A DNA stretch of 62,853 bases, counting the filler, from Stramenopiles sp. TOSAG23-2 (Eukaryota): the NCBI GenBank assembly GCA_900128395.1. It is 8 parts of 8 records of this genome, joined end to end, with 100 filler letters (N's around TTAATTAATTAA, not from the genome) between each part and the next. Parts side by side here need not be neighbours in the genome. Positions count along the whole stretch, not along the records: positions 23,321 to 34,866 come from LT649921.1; positions 34,967 to 46,488 come from LT649922.1; 6 more parts are not named here. One strand, written 5' to 3'. Positions 32,538 through 45,205 of the stretch are shown in pieces. Made by a program: the position numbers and the translations under genes. Under the pieces are notes generated by a model that saw only the letters and a list, made by a program, of their open reading frames with translations, did no database searches and was not told where the DNA came from. Every line of letters starts with the position of its first letter. Positions within the stretch are counted from its first letter, which is position 1.

Positions 32538-33155
32538 TTATTTACGTAATCTTAATAACATACCTTTGTTTGCTTTAATTTTTTTCTGTAATTGCATCAT
32601 ACCATATAATAAACCTTCAGCAGTTGGTGGGCAACCAGGTACATATATATCAACTGGTACTACACGGTCACAACCACGTACAACGGAATATGAATAATGA
32701 TAATATCCACCACCATTTGCACAACTCCCCATAGAAATTACCCAACGTGGCTCGGGCATTTGGTCGTAAACTTTACGCAATGCAGGTGCCATTTTATTTG
32801 TCAATGTTCCAGCTACAATCATTACATCTGATTGCCTTGGACTTGCACGAAAAACTATACCAAAACGTTCCATATCATAACGTGCTGCTGCTGCATGCAT
32901 CATTTCTACTGCACAACATGCTAAACCAAACGTCATAGGCCACATAGAACCACGTCGTGCCCAATTTACTAAATCATCCAAACCGGATACGACAAATTCT
33001 GCACCGTTCTTTCCACGTTCCAACACACTGTCTACACTGGAACCACCTACTGCCATTTGTCTACTTCCACCAAATTTAATAGCGTTCGAAAGACTATTTT
33101 TGCTATTACGTGGTACTTTCGTACGTTTAATATTACTAATAATTTGTCTCAACAT
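32538..33155 (-). CDS. NDUFS7: Complex I PSST/NDUFS7 (NuoB) subunit, nucleus-encoded with mitochondrial presequence
   Basis: [16 protein letters not shown]...[16 protein letters not shown]...[40 protein letters not shown]; basic, acid-free N-terminus. Confidence 0.98.
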   Translation of the reverse strand: MLRQIISNIKRTKVPRNSKNSLSNAIKFGGSRQMAVGGSSVDSVLERGKNGAEFVVSGLDDLVNWARRGSMWPMTFGLACCAVEMMHAAAARYDMERFGIVFRASPRQSDVMIVAGTLTNKMAPALRKVYDQMPEPRWVISMGSCANGGGYYHYSYSVVRGCDRVVPVDIYVPGCPPTAEGLLYGMMQLQKKIKANKGMLLRLRK

Positions 33156-33709
33156 AATGGTTATTTATTTATTAATTGATACGTATATGTATGTATTGGC
33201 AAATAAAAATACGATTATGATATGACACTTATTATATATGAAATATATGTAATATACTATATATATACTATATATATATATATCAAATGCAATGAATGAA
33301 ATATCAATGATATCTACTATTATCTTCCTTCCATTTGCAATAAACAGTCATGATCATTTATTCATTTTCATTTATTATTTTGTGATGGAACATAACTGGA
33401 CTTGTGTGGTGATTCCCCTGTACTATTTCGATGCTAAAATTGAGCAGATCTACCCTGCTGTTGCCTGCTCCTTCAGCTCAGCAAAGCAATTTATGTACGT
33501 ATTTTGATAGGTTAAGACGGATCTTTAGAATAACAATTCAGGTGTATTTTGATAGGTTAAGATGGATCATTACCTGGTAGTATATCAAATTTATGTATAT
33601 AAGTTGATACTTCAAAAAAAAAAATCCGAAATATAATTTCAAACTGCATTTACATTTTTACTACTCTGAAAATACACATAAAATATATTATTAAACAAAA
33701 CGTATAAAT

Positions 33710-34866
33710 TCACGACAATGCTTTTCCAATATTACCACTACTAGTATCCTTCTTACGTTTATATGTATAACCTAAAAAGTCTGTTTCTTTGCTCAAACCA
33801 ACTTTTCTACCACCTTGCAATGGTGTATGGCGAAAATCATCAAAATTTGATGTTAATTCTTTCACATGCCTATTGAATAATGGATCACTCCTTTTCATTT
33901 TACTCAAGGTATCAATCAATTCACCAACTCGTATACTACTTGTCGTTAAATAAGGTGCCTTCATTGAACGTACTTTATCCCAATCAAAGCTGTTCAACCA
34001 TGGATGATTTTTCATATCTTTTATACCATTTCCATAGCACAAACGATTTTCACGATCGCAAATAAGTTGACTAACGAAATCAATAGATTCTTTACTTAAA
34101 TGTGACAATGATTCTTCTGGAAATTTTAATATTTTTTTCCAATTCATAATTTTCCTACATGTATCCATGGGTTGATCGCTATAAAATAGCGGGTATCCAA
34201 CCAGGCATTCGAAAAAAATAACACCTAATGACCACCAATCGCATTCCGATCCATAGCCTTCCCCGCCTAATACTTCTGGTGCAATGTAATCTGGCGTTCC
34301 AACGGTTGAATATAATTGATTGCGTGCTCTATGCTTCGCTTTGCTACCTTTTATATTATTATTATTGTTACTATTGCCAGATGATGATTTTTTCATCATG
34401 AAATTTGGATCGTTCGTATTGACAGTTTGATGTTTCTTTGCTAAACCTAAATCAGTCAATTTTAAATGGCCATGATGATCGATTAGTATATTATCGGGCT
34501 TTAAATCACGATGTACATAACCTAAATCATGTACGCATTGCACAGCCAATGATGCTTCGACTGCATAAAATTTAACAGCATTTTCACTTAAAATATCTTC
34601 TTTCATTAATAACGACATTAAATCTCCACCTGCCATAAATTCCATAGCAAGATACAAATTAATATCATCTTTGAATGAATATTGCAATTTAACAAGCCAA
34701 CTCGTATTGGCCTCTGCTAATATATTTTGCTCTGCTCGTATATGTTCAATTTGATTTTTCATTTTCATAGCTTCCATAACCATAGCTTTTAACGCAAATA
34801 ATTCTCCAGTTTTTTTCTCCCGTACTAAACGTACTTCCCCAAATGCACCTTTTCCAACAACTGCTA
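33710..34866 (-). CDS. NDR/STK38-family AGC kinase, 5'-truncated at the scaffold end
   Basis: The frame extends upstream of the listed ORF to [24 protein letters not shown], insert before [14 protein letters not shown], hydrophobic motif FLGYTYKR. Confidence 0.93.
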
Positions 34867-34966
34867 NNNNNNNNNNNNNNNNNNNNNNNNNNNNNNNNNN
34901 NNNNNNNNNNTTAATTAATTAANNNNNNNNNNNNNNNNNNNNNNNNNNNNNNNNNNNNNNNNNNNN

Positions 34967-35180
34967 ATAAAATGATTTATATATAAGATAAAATGATTTA
35001 TATATAAGATAAAATGATTTATATATAAGATAAAATGATTTATATATAAGATAAAATGATTTATATATAAGATAAAATGATTTATATATAAGATAAAATG
35101 ATTTATATATAAGATAAAATGATTTATATATAAGATAAAATGATTTAGATCAGATAAAATGATTTAGATCAAATAAAATG
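34967..35180 (+). repeat. 21-bp minisatellite (ATAAAATGATTTATATATAAG)x8 plus degenerate 19-bp units
   Basis: Directly visible at the scaffold start. Confidence 0.95.
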
Positions 35181-36329
35181 ATACTGATAATGCAACGAAG
35201 GCAACGGCTTCTTGTTAGCTTTTGTTCGCGTGCGCTTCGCTTATTAATGGAAAACTATTGTATACATACAAACAATTATTCATTAATGTTGCGTCGCTAC
35301 TATCTAGCTCTACAACACGTACAGCACGGTATATACACATACTGTCAAATTAGCCGGTTTTGCAAAGTCCAAAAATATTACGCTTTATTTATCATCGTCT
35401 AAATGAGGCACTGAATTTATAGCTTCAAAAAAAATGTTTGCCATACACACATTGAATATACAATATGATATGGTAAATACAACAGTAGTTGATGTGGTAT
35501 TACGAAACAGACAACCAAAATTGATAGTGACAATTTATTCTCCCCGCCTTCCTATATGACAATTCGTTCTTCATCAATTGCTACGACTAGTTTGATACCA
35601 TCTATTTACCTTTATTATTATTTCTCGATTATGGGTACATCAACACATTAGTGCGAGATAGATTATTTCATGGTTATTGTAATTCTTTTGAAGAAGAGTA
35701 CAGGAATTATCATGAGTAAATTAAAACAATAAATTATAATTGCGTATAAATTATATATCATATATATATATGCATTGTATATATATATTTATACGCACAT
35801 ATTTTCAAAAATAATGTGTAAATGTTTTGTCAAATTTTTTTCCCATTCTCTTAAAAATAAAACTCAAAATTTCTAATAAATTTCTTTAAAACAACTAAAA
35901 CCTTAAACATCTGCAGAATTTGTAAATTGATATTGAAATCTAAATGAAATGAAATGAAGCAATACCGTGGACACAGCATATGCTAAAAAGGGATAAAAAT
36001 GACATTTTGTTATACTTGAGCAGGGAGACATTACAATATTGATAGGTATCATTATATAGCATGCATACAGCAATGTATAACATAGACACAGCATTAATAA
36101 ACATTACTTAGGATGGATACAGCATTAGGTAAAGGACACAGCATTACAAACAAAAACCCTAAAAAAAAACATGAAAATAAGAGACAAATTTTTCGGAATT
36201 GCAATTGTACACATTTACACACACACACACACACACACACATTTGGATGCATTGGATTTTGCAACGACGTATCTACCTTTGCAACCGACATATTTACCAT
36301 TTCCCCCATGTCCCTTTTTTTAAAGTGTT

Positions 36330-36647
36330 TCACCACTTCAACACCTTGGGTTTTTCCTCCATGACGGTCTTATTCAATGCTTGCGTTGCATTTACTACCG
36401 CCATACGTTGTTCCTCCAACAACTTCTTACTAATGCCGCCCGTCGCAGCCATTAGTTTTCGCAATGCATCTTCCGCTTCCACCTTCTTGGTTTCAGCTTC
36501 CGCAATATCCGTGAAATTCTGCTGTTGCGCAGCAATCTTCTGCAACAGCTTCTTCTTCACTGGATTGCTCTCGTTCCGAGCCGCATCCTTCAAAAGACGG
36601 AGTTTATCTTCGTCCTTTGCTCCTGTAGATGCAGTTGCACCATCCAC
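36330..36647 (-). CDS. Small helical hypothetical protein
   Basis: 105-aa Ala/Lys/Glu-rich ORF with higher GC than its flanks. Confidence 0.45.
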   Translation of the reverse strand: MDGATASTGAKDEDKLRLLKDAARNESNPVKKKLLQKIAAQQQNFTDIAEAETKKVEAEDALRKLMAATGGISKKLLEEQRMAVVNATQALNKTVMEEKPKVLKW

Positions 36648-36899
36648 TATCCATTTTCCATACTATTCCTATATAATAATTTTGAAAATTTTTTCCAATT
36701 TACATCATCCCAACTTTTCTAATATTTTCACTTTACATACCACCTACAAAGTTGTATCTGTTTTCTCTCAAACAAAATAAAAATACATCAAAAAAACAAT
36801 ATACATACCCAACATCAACCTTTAAAACATTAAAAACATGTATATAAAAATAATAAGATATACAAAGAAGAAATAAGACTAAAAGAACTTTTAGAAACA

Positions 36900-39800
36900 A
36901 CAAAAAGCTAGTTGGCAGCTCCTGCAAGTACTGGTAATTTTATTGATCATTTACAAAAAGCAATATTAAGAAGTACTGGAAGTTCAGCAGCTAAAGCAGC
37001 GGTGGATAATACAGCAAAAGCTTAGGTTGAAAAGTAGAATGAATGCAAAACAAACAAAGAAATCAAAATCACTAACAATGTCACCTTCTTTCTCAGAGGT
37101 AAATGAGAGGCAACTGGGAGATGATGTTTTTTTCTTTTACACACACAATAGTACTATTTACCTGCTATATGAAAACCTTAAATTCCGAACTCCCTTCCCC
37201 ACCATCCATTAATTTTGAACGTTTGGAAAAAACCAAAAAAAAACAACCAACAAAAATAAAAATACATATATATAAGTGCATAACTGTTTATTTACATGGT
37301 ATGTCGATCGTCGTTGTTTAGTAAATGAAAGTACAGGTAGTAAAATTGCATTAAGCGTTTTACCACCTGCACCTGATCATGTATTACAAAATATTGAGAA
37401 AAGTAAACAAGATGGTTTTAAAGCAGCATTTGAATTATTAATCTTCAGTTCCCATACAAGTACAATTATTGTTGCATTAAATCCAGAACCAACACGTTTA
37501 AAACAATGGGATCGTTATGATAAAACGAAGAATAATAACGTTAACATATTGTCTTCTTCATCATCGTTGCCACCAAATGATAATTCATCACATAATAATA
37601 ATAATAATAACAATAGAATGACAACAATGGTAGGTGAATATTTACCATGTATTGCTGTTAATTGGGGTATTATTGGCGAAGAGAAAAAGAAAAGGAAAAC
37701 AACAACAACAACAAGAAATGAATAATAATAGTAATAAAAATAAATCACCAAAACGTGGATCCATGAAAACAGATCGTTCACCAACCAATAATTGCACATG
37801 GTTGGGATACAACAATTGAATGTATTAAAATAGCAGTACATTGATCAGAAGCAAATATGCAACAAGAACGGGTTGCAACATTTATTATTATTTGAAACAA
37901 ATAGTCCAATCGTTGCATTAGAATGGAGATCAAGTAATGTATTAGTATATATGAATATCGATTATCGTGTATGTTTTTTAAATACAGAAATGTTAATTGA
38001 AATGGAAACGATTGATTTATCACAATCATCCTTAGTATATGCTACCTTACCAAAAGGCAAAAAAGTAACAACGAATAATAATAATAATAATAATAGTAGT
38101 AGTAGTAGTAGTAACGCTGCACGTTCATCAACAACAACAACAACATTGGCACAACAAAATATTAAATTAAAAGGACAACAAGCACGTTCTTTTTTTAATT
38201 CCATACAAAGTTGTGATGATGATGATCGTTTATATTTTTTATCACATTCTGATTTACAAGTTGCAAAATTAGAAAAATGGACGGATCGAATACGTACATT
38301 AAAAAATGAAGGTGAATGGATTGAAGCATTATTATTAGGATTAGAACATTATGCATTTATCCATGCAGATGATGTTGTTATAGGTAATGACGACGATGAG
38401 GATGCGGCGGCAGATACAAAATAACAACGATGATAACTTGGTTGAATAATATTACAAATAGTCCTGTAAAAACTAAAATGGATGATCGTATTATTGCTGA
38501 TTTATTAATGTGGATTATGTTGAAATTAGTTTAAGTGAAGATTTAACTTCCTCTTTAAATAATAATACAAGTAGTAGTAGTAGTAGTAGTAGGAGAAGAA
38601 GAAGAGATCTGCAACATCAAGCACAACATGGTCCAACACATATTGTATGTGAAGTTTGTATGGATTATTGCACCACAATCAAACGTAATGATTTATTATT
38701 TGGTCCAAATTTATAAACGATTTGTAAATACAAACCAAGAATATATTTTTTTAGAATTATTGGAAAAATATATTTTAATGTGATCGTGTATATTACATAC
38801 TAGCAATTATTATGCAAGATTTTATATCATATTTGAAAAAATTAAATCGTTTAACAGATGTAGAAAAATCGGTATTGCATTTAGATCCAAGACAATTGGA
38901 TATTGATAGTGTAGTATGTTTATGTGCGGAAAATAAATTGTACAATGCATTGATATATCTATTTAATAAAGGTATTAATGAATACGCAGAGCCAATTAAA
39001 TATATTGTACGTGAATTGATTGAAGAAAATAATGAAATTAGTAGTAGTAGTAGCGATGATAATAAGAATACTGAATCATCCTTTACACAAATGACAAGAA
39101 AATATGTTTCAAATAAATTATTTGAATATATTGTTAAAATTATTGGTCAACATGATAATAATAATAATAATAGTGCAACAACAACATTAATCGATGCAAA
39201 GCAACAAATATTAAAATTGATATTTACAAAACATAATCAATATGGATTTTTACCATTGATTACAATCTTAGAGATTGATAGTGAACAAATATTTGATATT
39301 CTTTCCAATATATATTACAATTCCATTACCGATGGTATTATACGTATGGATAATTTATTATCCTATATTAAAATGATTAATAAAGTTATTGTTGATGGTA
39401 AAAGCAGATGCATTTAATGAATGCAAAAATGGACAAAGTACAATTATATAAAAGCATTAGTAAATATTTTTCCATTTTCATATTGGCTTTATTTATAAAA
39501 ATGGTATCGCAATTGATATTAAAAATGTTGTAGATAGTTTAATCGAATGAAGTAAAAATAATAGCAATTAATAAGATAAGTAAATGTGAAGATGCAATTA
39601 AAGATATTTTAAAAAAAATATAGAGATGAAGCGAATAATAATGATAATGGTACGGCTAGAAGTAAGAACAACGACGATGAAGAAGTGGATTTAAAAAATC
39701 GAATAATTACAGACATACCACAATTTAAATATCAATTAAAAGAATTGAAATATATTAGTCATGAAATCGAAGGAAATTTTAAAGATGCATTAGAATCATT

Positions 39801-40040
39801 TTTAAATAATTCACAAAATCAAATACAAGCATTTTGATATGCATTTTAGATATACATGTTTATTTAATTCAATTTGATAAAACATTAATATTACCATTTT
39901 TAAAAGATACGGATGGTTATGCATTAGATGATGCATTAAATGCATGTAAAGAAAATAATGTAATCGACGCAATATAGCATATTTACTAGAACGTACTGGT
40001 AATATTGAAGAAGCATTGAAAATGTTGGTAAGAAATTTAA
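36900..40040 (+). pseudogene. VPS8: VPS8 (CORVET subunit) homolog broken by many frameshifts (pseudogene or consensus error)
   Basis: Fragments in order: WTDRIRTLKNEGEWIEALLLGL, DYVEISL, EVCMDYC...DLLFG, IFLELLEKYIL, VEKSVLHLDPRQLDIDSVVCLCAENKLYNALIYLFNKG, and FLKDTDGYALDDALNACKENNVIDA-AYLLERTGNIEEAL. Confidence 0.8.
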
Positions 40041-40156
40041 AATATATTTGTCTTGGAAATTTATTAAAAGTGAAGATAAATTTAGAAGATGATATATATA
40101 TATATAATATATATGTAATATGTTATTTTATTATTGTATATTATATATATGTTTTA

Positions 40157-40855
40157 TTAATATCCCCCCCATTGATTTTCTCGACTTTGTAATTGTTTCA
40201 CTTTTGCTTTTTCATATTGATCTACTTGTTCTTGTTGTTTTACTTCACCATCATCAACAAACATTTTTATTTTTTCGTTGTGTAGTTTTTGATTCCAACG
40301 TCTAGTCAATGTAATGCATCCCCACCCCAATGCTTGAGGGTAATGCAAGGTTTGCATTCCATTAACTACTTGATATCGAAATAAAAATTGTCCCCATGGT
40401 GTTTGGTGAGTTACGTATTCACCTTCCTCCTCGTCATCATCTCTTTTTCTCTTTTTGCTGTTGTTACTACTACTACTACTACTATTACTAGAACCATATG
40501 AATCGCATACATCATCGACGGAATCATAATCATCGAATTCATCATCGTCAGAATCATCATCATCATCATCATCATCAGTTTTAACTTCCAACGTATCTTC
40601 ATCAGTTTTAACATCCAACGTCTCTTCTTCTTGTTCTGATTCTTCTTCTTCTTCTTTGTTTCCTGATACTACATCTTCTTCTTCTTCTTCTTCAATATTA
40701 TTAACAACATTCTGCAATATACCAATAATATCGTCATTAATACTAACATCATCATCATCATCGTTATTATGATCATTCTTTATGATCAATGCCAACGTTT
40801 GTTGTGCATCTTCGATCAATATTGTTGATCGATCTTTATTATCAAACAAAGACAT
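40157..40855 (-). CDS. Acidic low-complexity hypothetical protein with NLS-like KKRKR
   Basis: 232-aa ORF with long D/E tracts and a short ordered C-terminal region. Confidence 0.55.
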   Translation of the reverse strand: MSLFDNKDRSTILIEDAQQTLALIIKNDHNNDDDDDVSINDDIIGILQNVVNNIEEEEEEDVVSGNKEEEEESEQEEETLDVKTDEDTLEVKTDDDDDDDDSDDDEFDDYDSVDDVCDSYGSSNSSSSSSNNSKKRKRDDDEEEGEYVTHQTPWGQFLFRYQVVNGMQTLHYPQALGWGCITLTRRWNQKLHNEKIKMFVDDGEVKQQEQVDQYEKAKVKQLQSRENQWGGY

Positions 40856-41483
40856 TTTTATTGCGTAATGTTTGTTTGTTCGTTCTCAAATGTGAAATGT
40901 GTGTGTGTGTATATCATATTTTGTTATAGATGTACATATTCACATGGTATATATATGTTGTACTAGTGCTCCATATTATCTCATCATTTTTTTACTCTCG
41001 ACTTTTTATAGCAGGTGCATACCATTAGTTTCACAAGCACTCCTGGAACTCCCGCGGCAATAAAAATAAACTAGTAGCATAAGCACACATCAAAAACCCA
41101 CATCATCATCTTCTTTTCTTCTCAGAGATATTTGGTATAATTTTCTCTGATCTCTGTACACCACATCAGGTTGTTGTACCACCATGGTATGGTATTATGC
41201 TAGCTCGCTACCAAAACATCAACCACGTTTACATATATACCAGGTAAATATTATTACACTTGACAACCATCTCACCAACAACAAAAGTGCAAACTGGCAA
41301 AAAACCAAAAAAAAAATACCACCATTTTTTTTTACCATAGATATATCACCATATATACAAGAACACATAAAAAACATCAAAAAATGTGAAAGTACATAGT
41401 AGAAAAAAGAAAAACAACAAACAGAAAGAAAGAAAGAAAGAAAAAAAAAAAGTACGTTTCGAAATAGAAAAACAACAATAATA

Positions 41484-42311
41484 ATGGATAACAACAAAGC
41501 GAAAAAATTTGCAAATGCATGCGTAAAATTTATGGATGAATTGAAACAACTAGTTGGTACGAATGATGAAAATAAACACATGAAAAATTTAGAAAAAATT
41601 TTCAATAAGGGTAGAAACATTCATTTAGAATTTGCAGAAAATTTTCATGAGACGTGTAAATTCGTATCGTCAACTATTGATTTGCCGCAAGATAAAAAGA
41701 TTAAAATGCTCACATTATCAGTATTAATGTATTTATACGTCAATAACGATTACGTCAATTCAACTTGGCAAAAAGCAATACAAATGAATGTGAACATCGA
41801 ACATTTGGTCATTTACAACTCGTTTTTAGCATTACGTGGTTCTAAATTATTGCAAAGTATCAAAGAATCTTCTGAAAGAAACCATGGTCCGAATACAATT
41901 CTCACGGCAGTGCAAGGTGGTAATATTGGTAACAACGACGTAGATTTAAACAGCGATCAAGTTGTATATAATGTAAATGAAGAAAACATCGCAAAAAGCA
42001 TTGAAAAGAAACTTGGTGATTTAAATTGTGAATGGAAAAATGTTGCAAGGTCTTTTGGATTGATGAAATTTGTTGAAAATAATTTTGGAAAATATGGTGG
42101 TAAAAATATCAAATTTTATAATAATGAAAAATCAGCAGTTTTTATGACATATGGTGAAACTCGCATCGTCTTTTCAGTAAATTATGAATCTATTGTTACT
42201 AAATCTAATAAATTTACTAGCGCAGGAATGTGCACAACAACAAATCGATTATCAAAAGATAATGGAATTGATATCTATGTTTGCCTTCAAAATGGTGTAC
42301 GAAAAAGTTAA
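41484..42311 (+). CDS. Hypothetical protein
   Basis: 275-aa uninterrupted ORF with an A-rich 5' leader like those of the histone genes; no family recognised. Confidence 0.7.
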   Translation: MDNNKAKKFANACVKFMDELKQLVGTNDENKHMKNLEKIFNKGRNIHLEFAENFHETCKFVSSTIDLPQDKKIKMLTLSVLMYLYVNNDYVNSTWQKAIQMNVNIEHLVIYNSFLALRGSKLLQSIKESSERNHGPNTILTAVQGGNIGNNDVDLNSDQVVYNVNEENIAKSIEKKLGDLNCEWKNVARSFGLMKFVENNFGKYGGKNIKFYNNEKSAVFMTYGETRIVFSVNYESIVTKSNKFTSAGMCTTTNRLSKDNGIDIYVCLQNGVRKS

Positions 42312-42599
42312 TTGTCATAATAAAAAAAGAAAAATATTTTCGATTGAATCTTTTATATAAGAAAAAATATTTTATATTTTTTTTTGATTCGAAAAATAGA
42401 AAGAATACGCACATACAATATGATATTAGATAGATAGATATATATATAATATAATATGGTACGAGTATTAAATAAGAGAGAGAGAGAGAGAGATAAAAAT
42501 ATATATATATACTCAAAACAATATATATTTTTTTACACTCTTATAAATAAGAGAATTTTTTATATTTTTTTACTTTCTTTTACTTTTCGTAGATACAAG

Positions 42600-44460
42600 T
42601 CGTTTTCTTTGCTAGTTTGAATAAACTTTGTTCAAGGAATCGTTTCACTTTTAACTGGTTTGTTACTCAATCTGTACATTCACATTCTCACGCCATTGTA
42701 AAAAGACTTTATATAATTTTGTATTTAACATGTTTTTCATTGAACTTCGTTGCATCTTTTGAGAGTATAACTGTTGATCTGATTTATACTTTTCCAATAG
42801 CGCAATTTGCTGCTTATAATCGCGTCCGTATGCTATGACATTTGAAGTCATACCACGTCGTAAACGTGCTAGACAATTTGCGCTTTTGCCAATATCTCAT
42901 CGTTCGATTCATCAATTGTTTTGCCTCAATCTGTACATTCACATTCTCACGCCATTGTAAAAAGACTTTATATATAATTTTGTATTTAACATGTTTTTCA
43001 TTGAACTTCGTTGCATCTTTTGAGAGTATAACTGTTGATCTGATTTATACTTTTCCAATAGCGCAATTTGCTGCTTATAATGCTCAATTTCAGCACGTAA
43101 TAAATCTTCTTTGGAATTTGCAGAAAATTTTTTTCCATGTGACAAAACCTTTATAGAGCCTTTCTTGTTGCCACCGTGTTATCCACACTCGCATTGTTCT
43201 TCTTGTTTCTCTGTTTTCAATGGCATAACTTTCCCAGCGTCTGAAAATTGGTAAAGCTTTTAAATGAAGCATTTGCTTAATGACACGGCTAGCAACTTCT
43301 CTTTGATGCTTCATTTTATTTTTAAATAAATACCATGTATAAAACGAACGAGAAAGCACTCTCGTTGTTGCCATTTCTTAATTAATCGTGCAGCATTTTG
43401 CTCAACAGTTGCAATATCACGCCCAAAACTTTTCCATAGTTTAAATGCTGCAATTAATTTACCATGTAATAATCTGATAATAATACGTCTTGCACTTGTT
43501 TTTGCAAAGTTTTTTTTGCAGCAATTCTAAAATGGTGATTTGTAGCTTCATCAGCAACAGTACGCTCTTGCTTTAAAATATTGCTAAATGCAAGTTGCAA
43601 TAAAAATGTTCTTCGACGTCTTAATGCATTTGTAGCTTCATCAGCAACAGTACGCTCTTGCTTTAAAATATTGCTAAATGCACGTTGCAATAAAAAATGT
43701 TCTTCGACGTCTTAATGCATTTGCTATTATAGATTTAATCCTAATTCGTTCAATACGATGATGGTTTAATTTCATAAACGAGCGGGATAGAGTAACATTT
43801 TGTAGACAAAGTAAAATTCGTTTAGAAGTTTCAATACGACGTTTTCTTTTCTTAATTTTTTCCACCCAACCTCCTTGAAACGATCTTTTCATTGTTCCTC
43901 GTGTCCATGATTTGTATGCGCGATTCAGCTTCATTTTATTGGTTTTTGTACCTGGCTATATTTTCTTTCAATATATCAAATGCTTGGAACATATTTGTTT
44001 TCAACAATCTACTGATAATTCGCGTCATTTTCTTTGTATTATTTCCAAATTACATGTTTCTATTTTCCATTTATTTATTGCCATTCGCTTGACTGCTACA
44101 AATCTCCTTCGCAATAAGGATTTAATAACATTTCCTTCGCGAATTATTTGCTTTGACCGCTTTAAATAGCTTTGTCATTTAGAAAATGCTAAATTTATTT
44201 TTCCAAGATTTGAATCTGTTCATTACTCGTACAATGACACTACGTTGTTTTTCCAATTGCTGTTCACACAATTGCACACGTAAAACATGTTTTCTTAAAT
44301 ATTCCCATGCTACTTGTAACTTATGCCTATTGAGACATTTTAATGTACGTTTTATTTGTTTTTCACGTAAATTTTGTATCCTTTGGTTACTATTTGCTAT
44401 TGTACGATGTGCATTCGTACATTTGATCCATTTTTTCATAGATAGATGATACTTCTTCAA
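42600..44460 (-). pseudogene. Sfi1-like (centrin-binding) basic helical repeat gene, frameshifted, with internal duplications
   Basis: Repeated spaced-Trp motifs (LSRSFYTW, LPIFRRW, LYKGFVTW, NRAYKSW, LQVAWE, MNRFKSW) in successive short ORFs; duplicated blocks ~42666-42820 / ~42925-43081 and ~43539-43628 / ~43629-43722. Confidence 0.55.
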
Positions 44461-45205
44461 AAAAACGAAGATGATGAATATATATCTCTCTTTTATTATA
44501 TACTACTATATATATAAATGATTTATATAATATATATTATTGCACTATATCGATATATATTCTATATAATAATACTATTTCCATGATGTGGTACGTCGTA
44601 AAAGTATTTGAGTGTGTGACTATTATAGCATAAAAAAAAAACGGCACGCTTTTCAGACTTCAGAAGATGCGTATTACGTTAAGGTTTCCTAGAGTAATGT
44701 ATGTATAATAGGTGATCACCGAAGCACCGAAGTACAACAATTTGATATACTAAACGATATTAATTTTAAAGTTTTAAAGTTTTAAAGATCACCAATTCTG
44801 GAAAGTACACCAATTTGATATACTACGATATTAATATGGCCTATATATATACAAGTGTTTTTGATTTATCAAATGATATGTATAAAACGCTTTTGCCAGC
44901 TGCCTTTAATTGAGGGACGACTCCTCGGATCTCTGAGCTGCTCTGCATCGTCGCGATATTAGTAGGTATTTTGGTACACACAAAGTGCTATACCAGTGCT
45001 ATAACTGGCTAACCAGCTAATAATAATAATAATTTTTCCAATATTATCATACCAGGTATAGCCGCCTGCTATAATAATAATAATGCAACACACACAACAA
45101 AAAATATATATATATCATATATACATCAATAATATATATTTCGTTTCCCTCTCTTTCTTTCTCTCTCTCTCTTTCCGTCTCTATCTCTATCTCTCCCTCT
45201 TAAAT

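Noticed and set aside
32538-33155. NDUFS7 as a mitochondrial insertion (NUMT) or bacterial nuoB contaminant
   Set aside because: It has an N-terminal targeting presequence and nuclear-type flanks, with no neighbouring organellar or nuo genes.
34967-35180. 21-bp array as CRISPR or telomere
   Set aside because: Head-to-tail units with no spacers and no G-rich telomeric strand; it is an ordinary minisatellite.
36900-40040. Alternative genetic code or programmed frameshifting to explain the broken VPS8
   Set aside because: The breaks I resolved are frame changes rather than in-frame stops, they share no slippery motif, and conserved genes elsewhere translate and end normally with the standard code.
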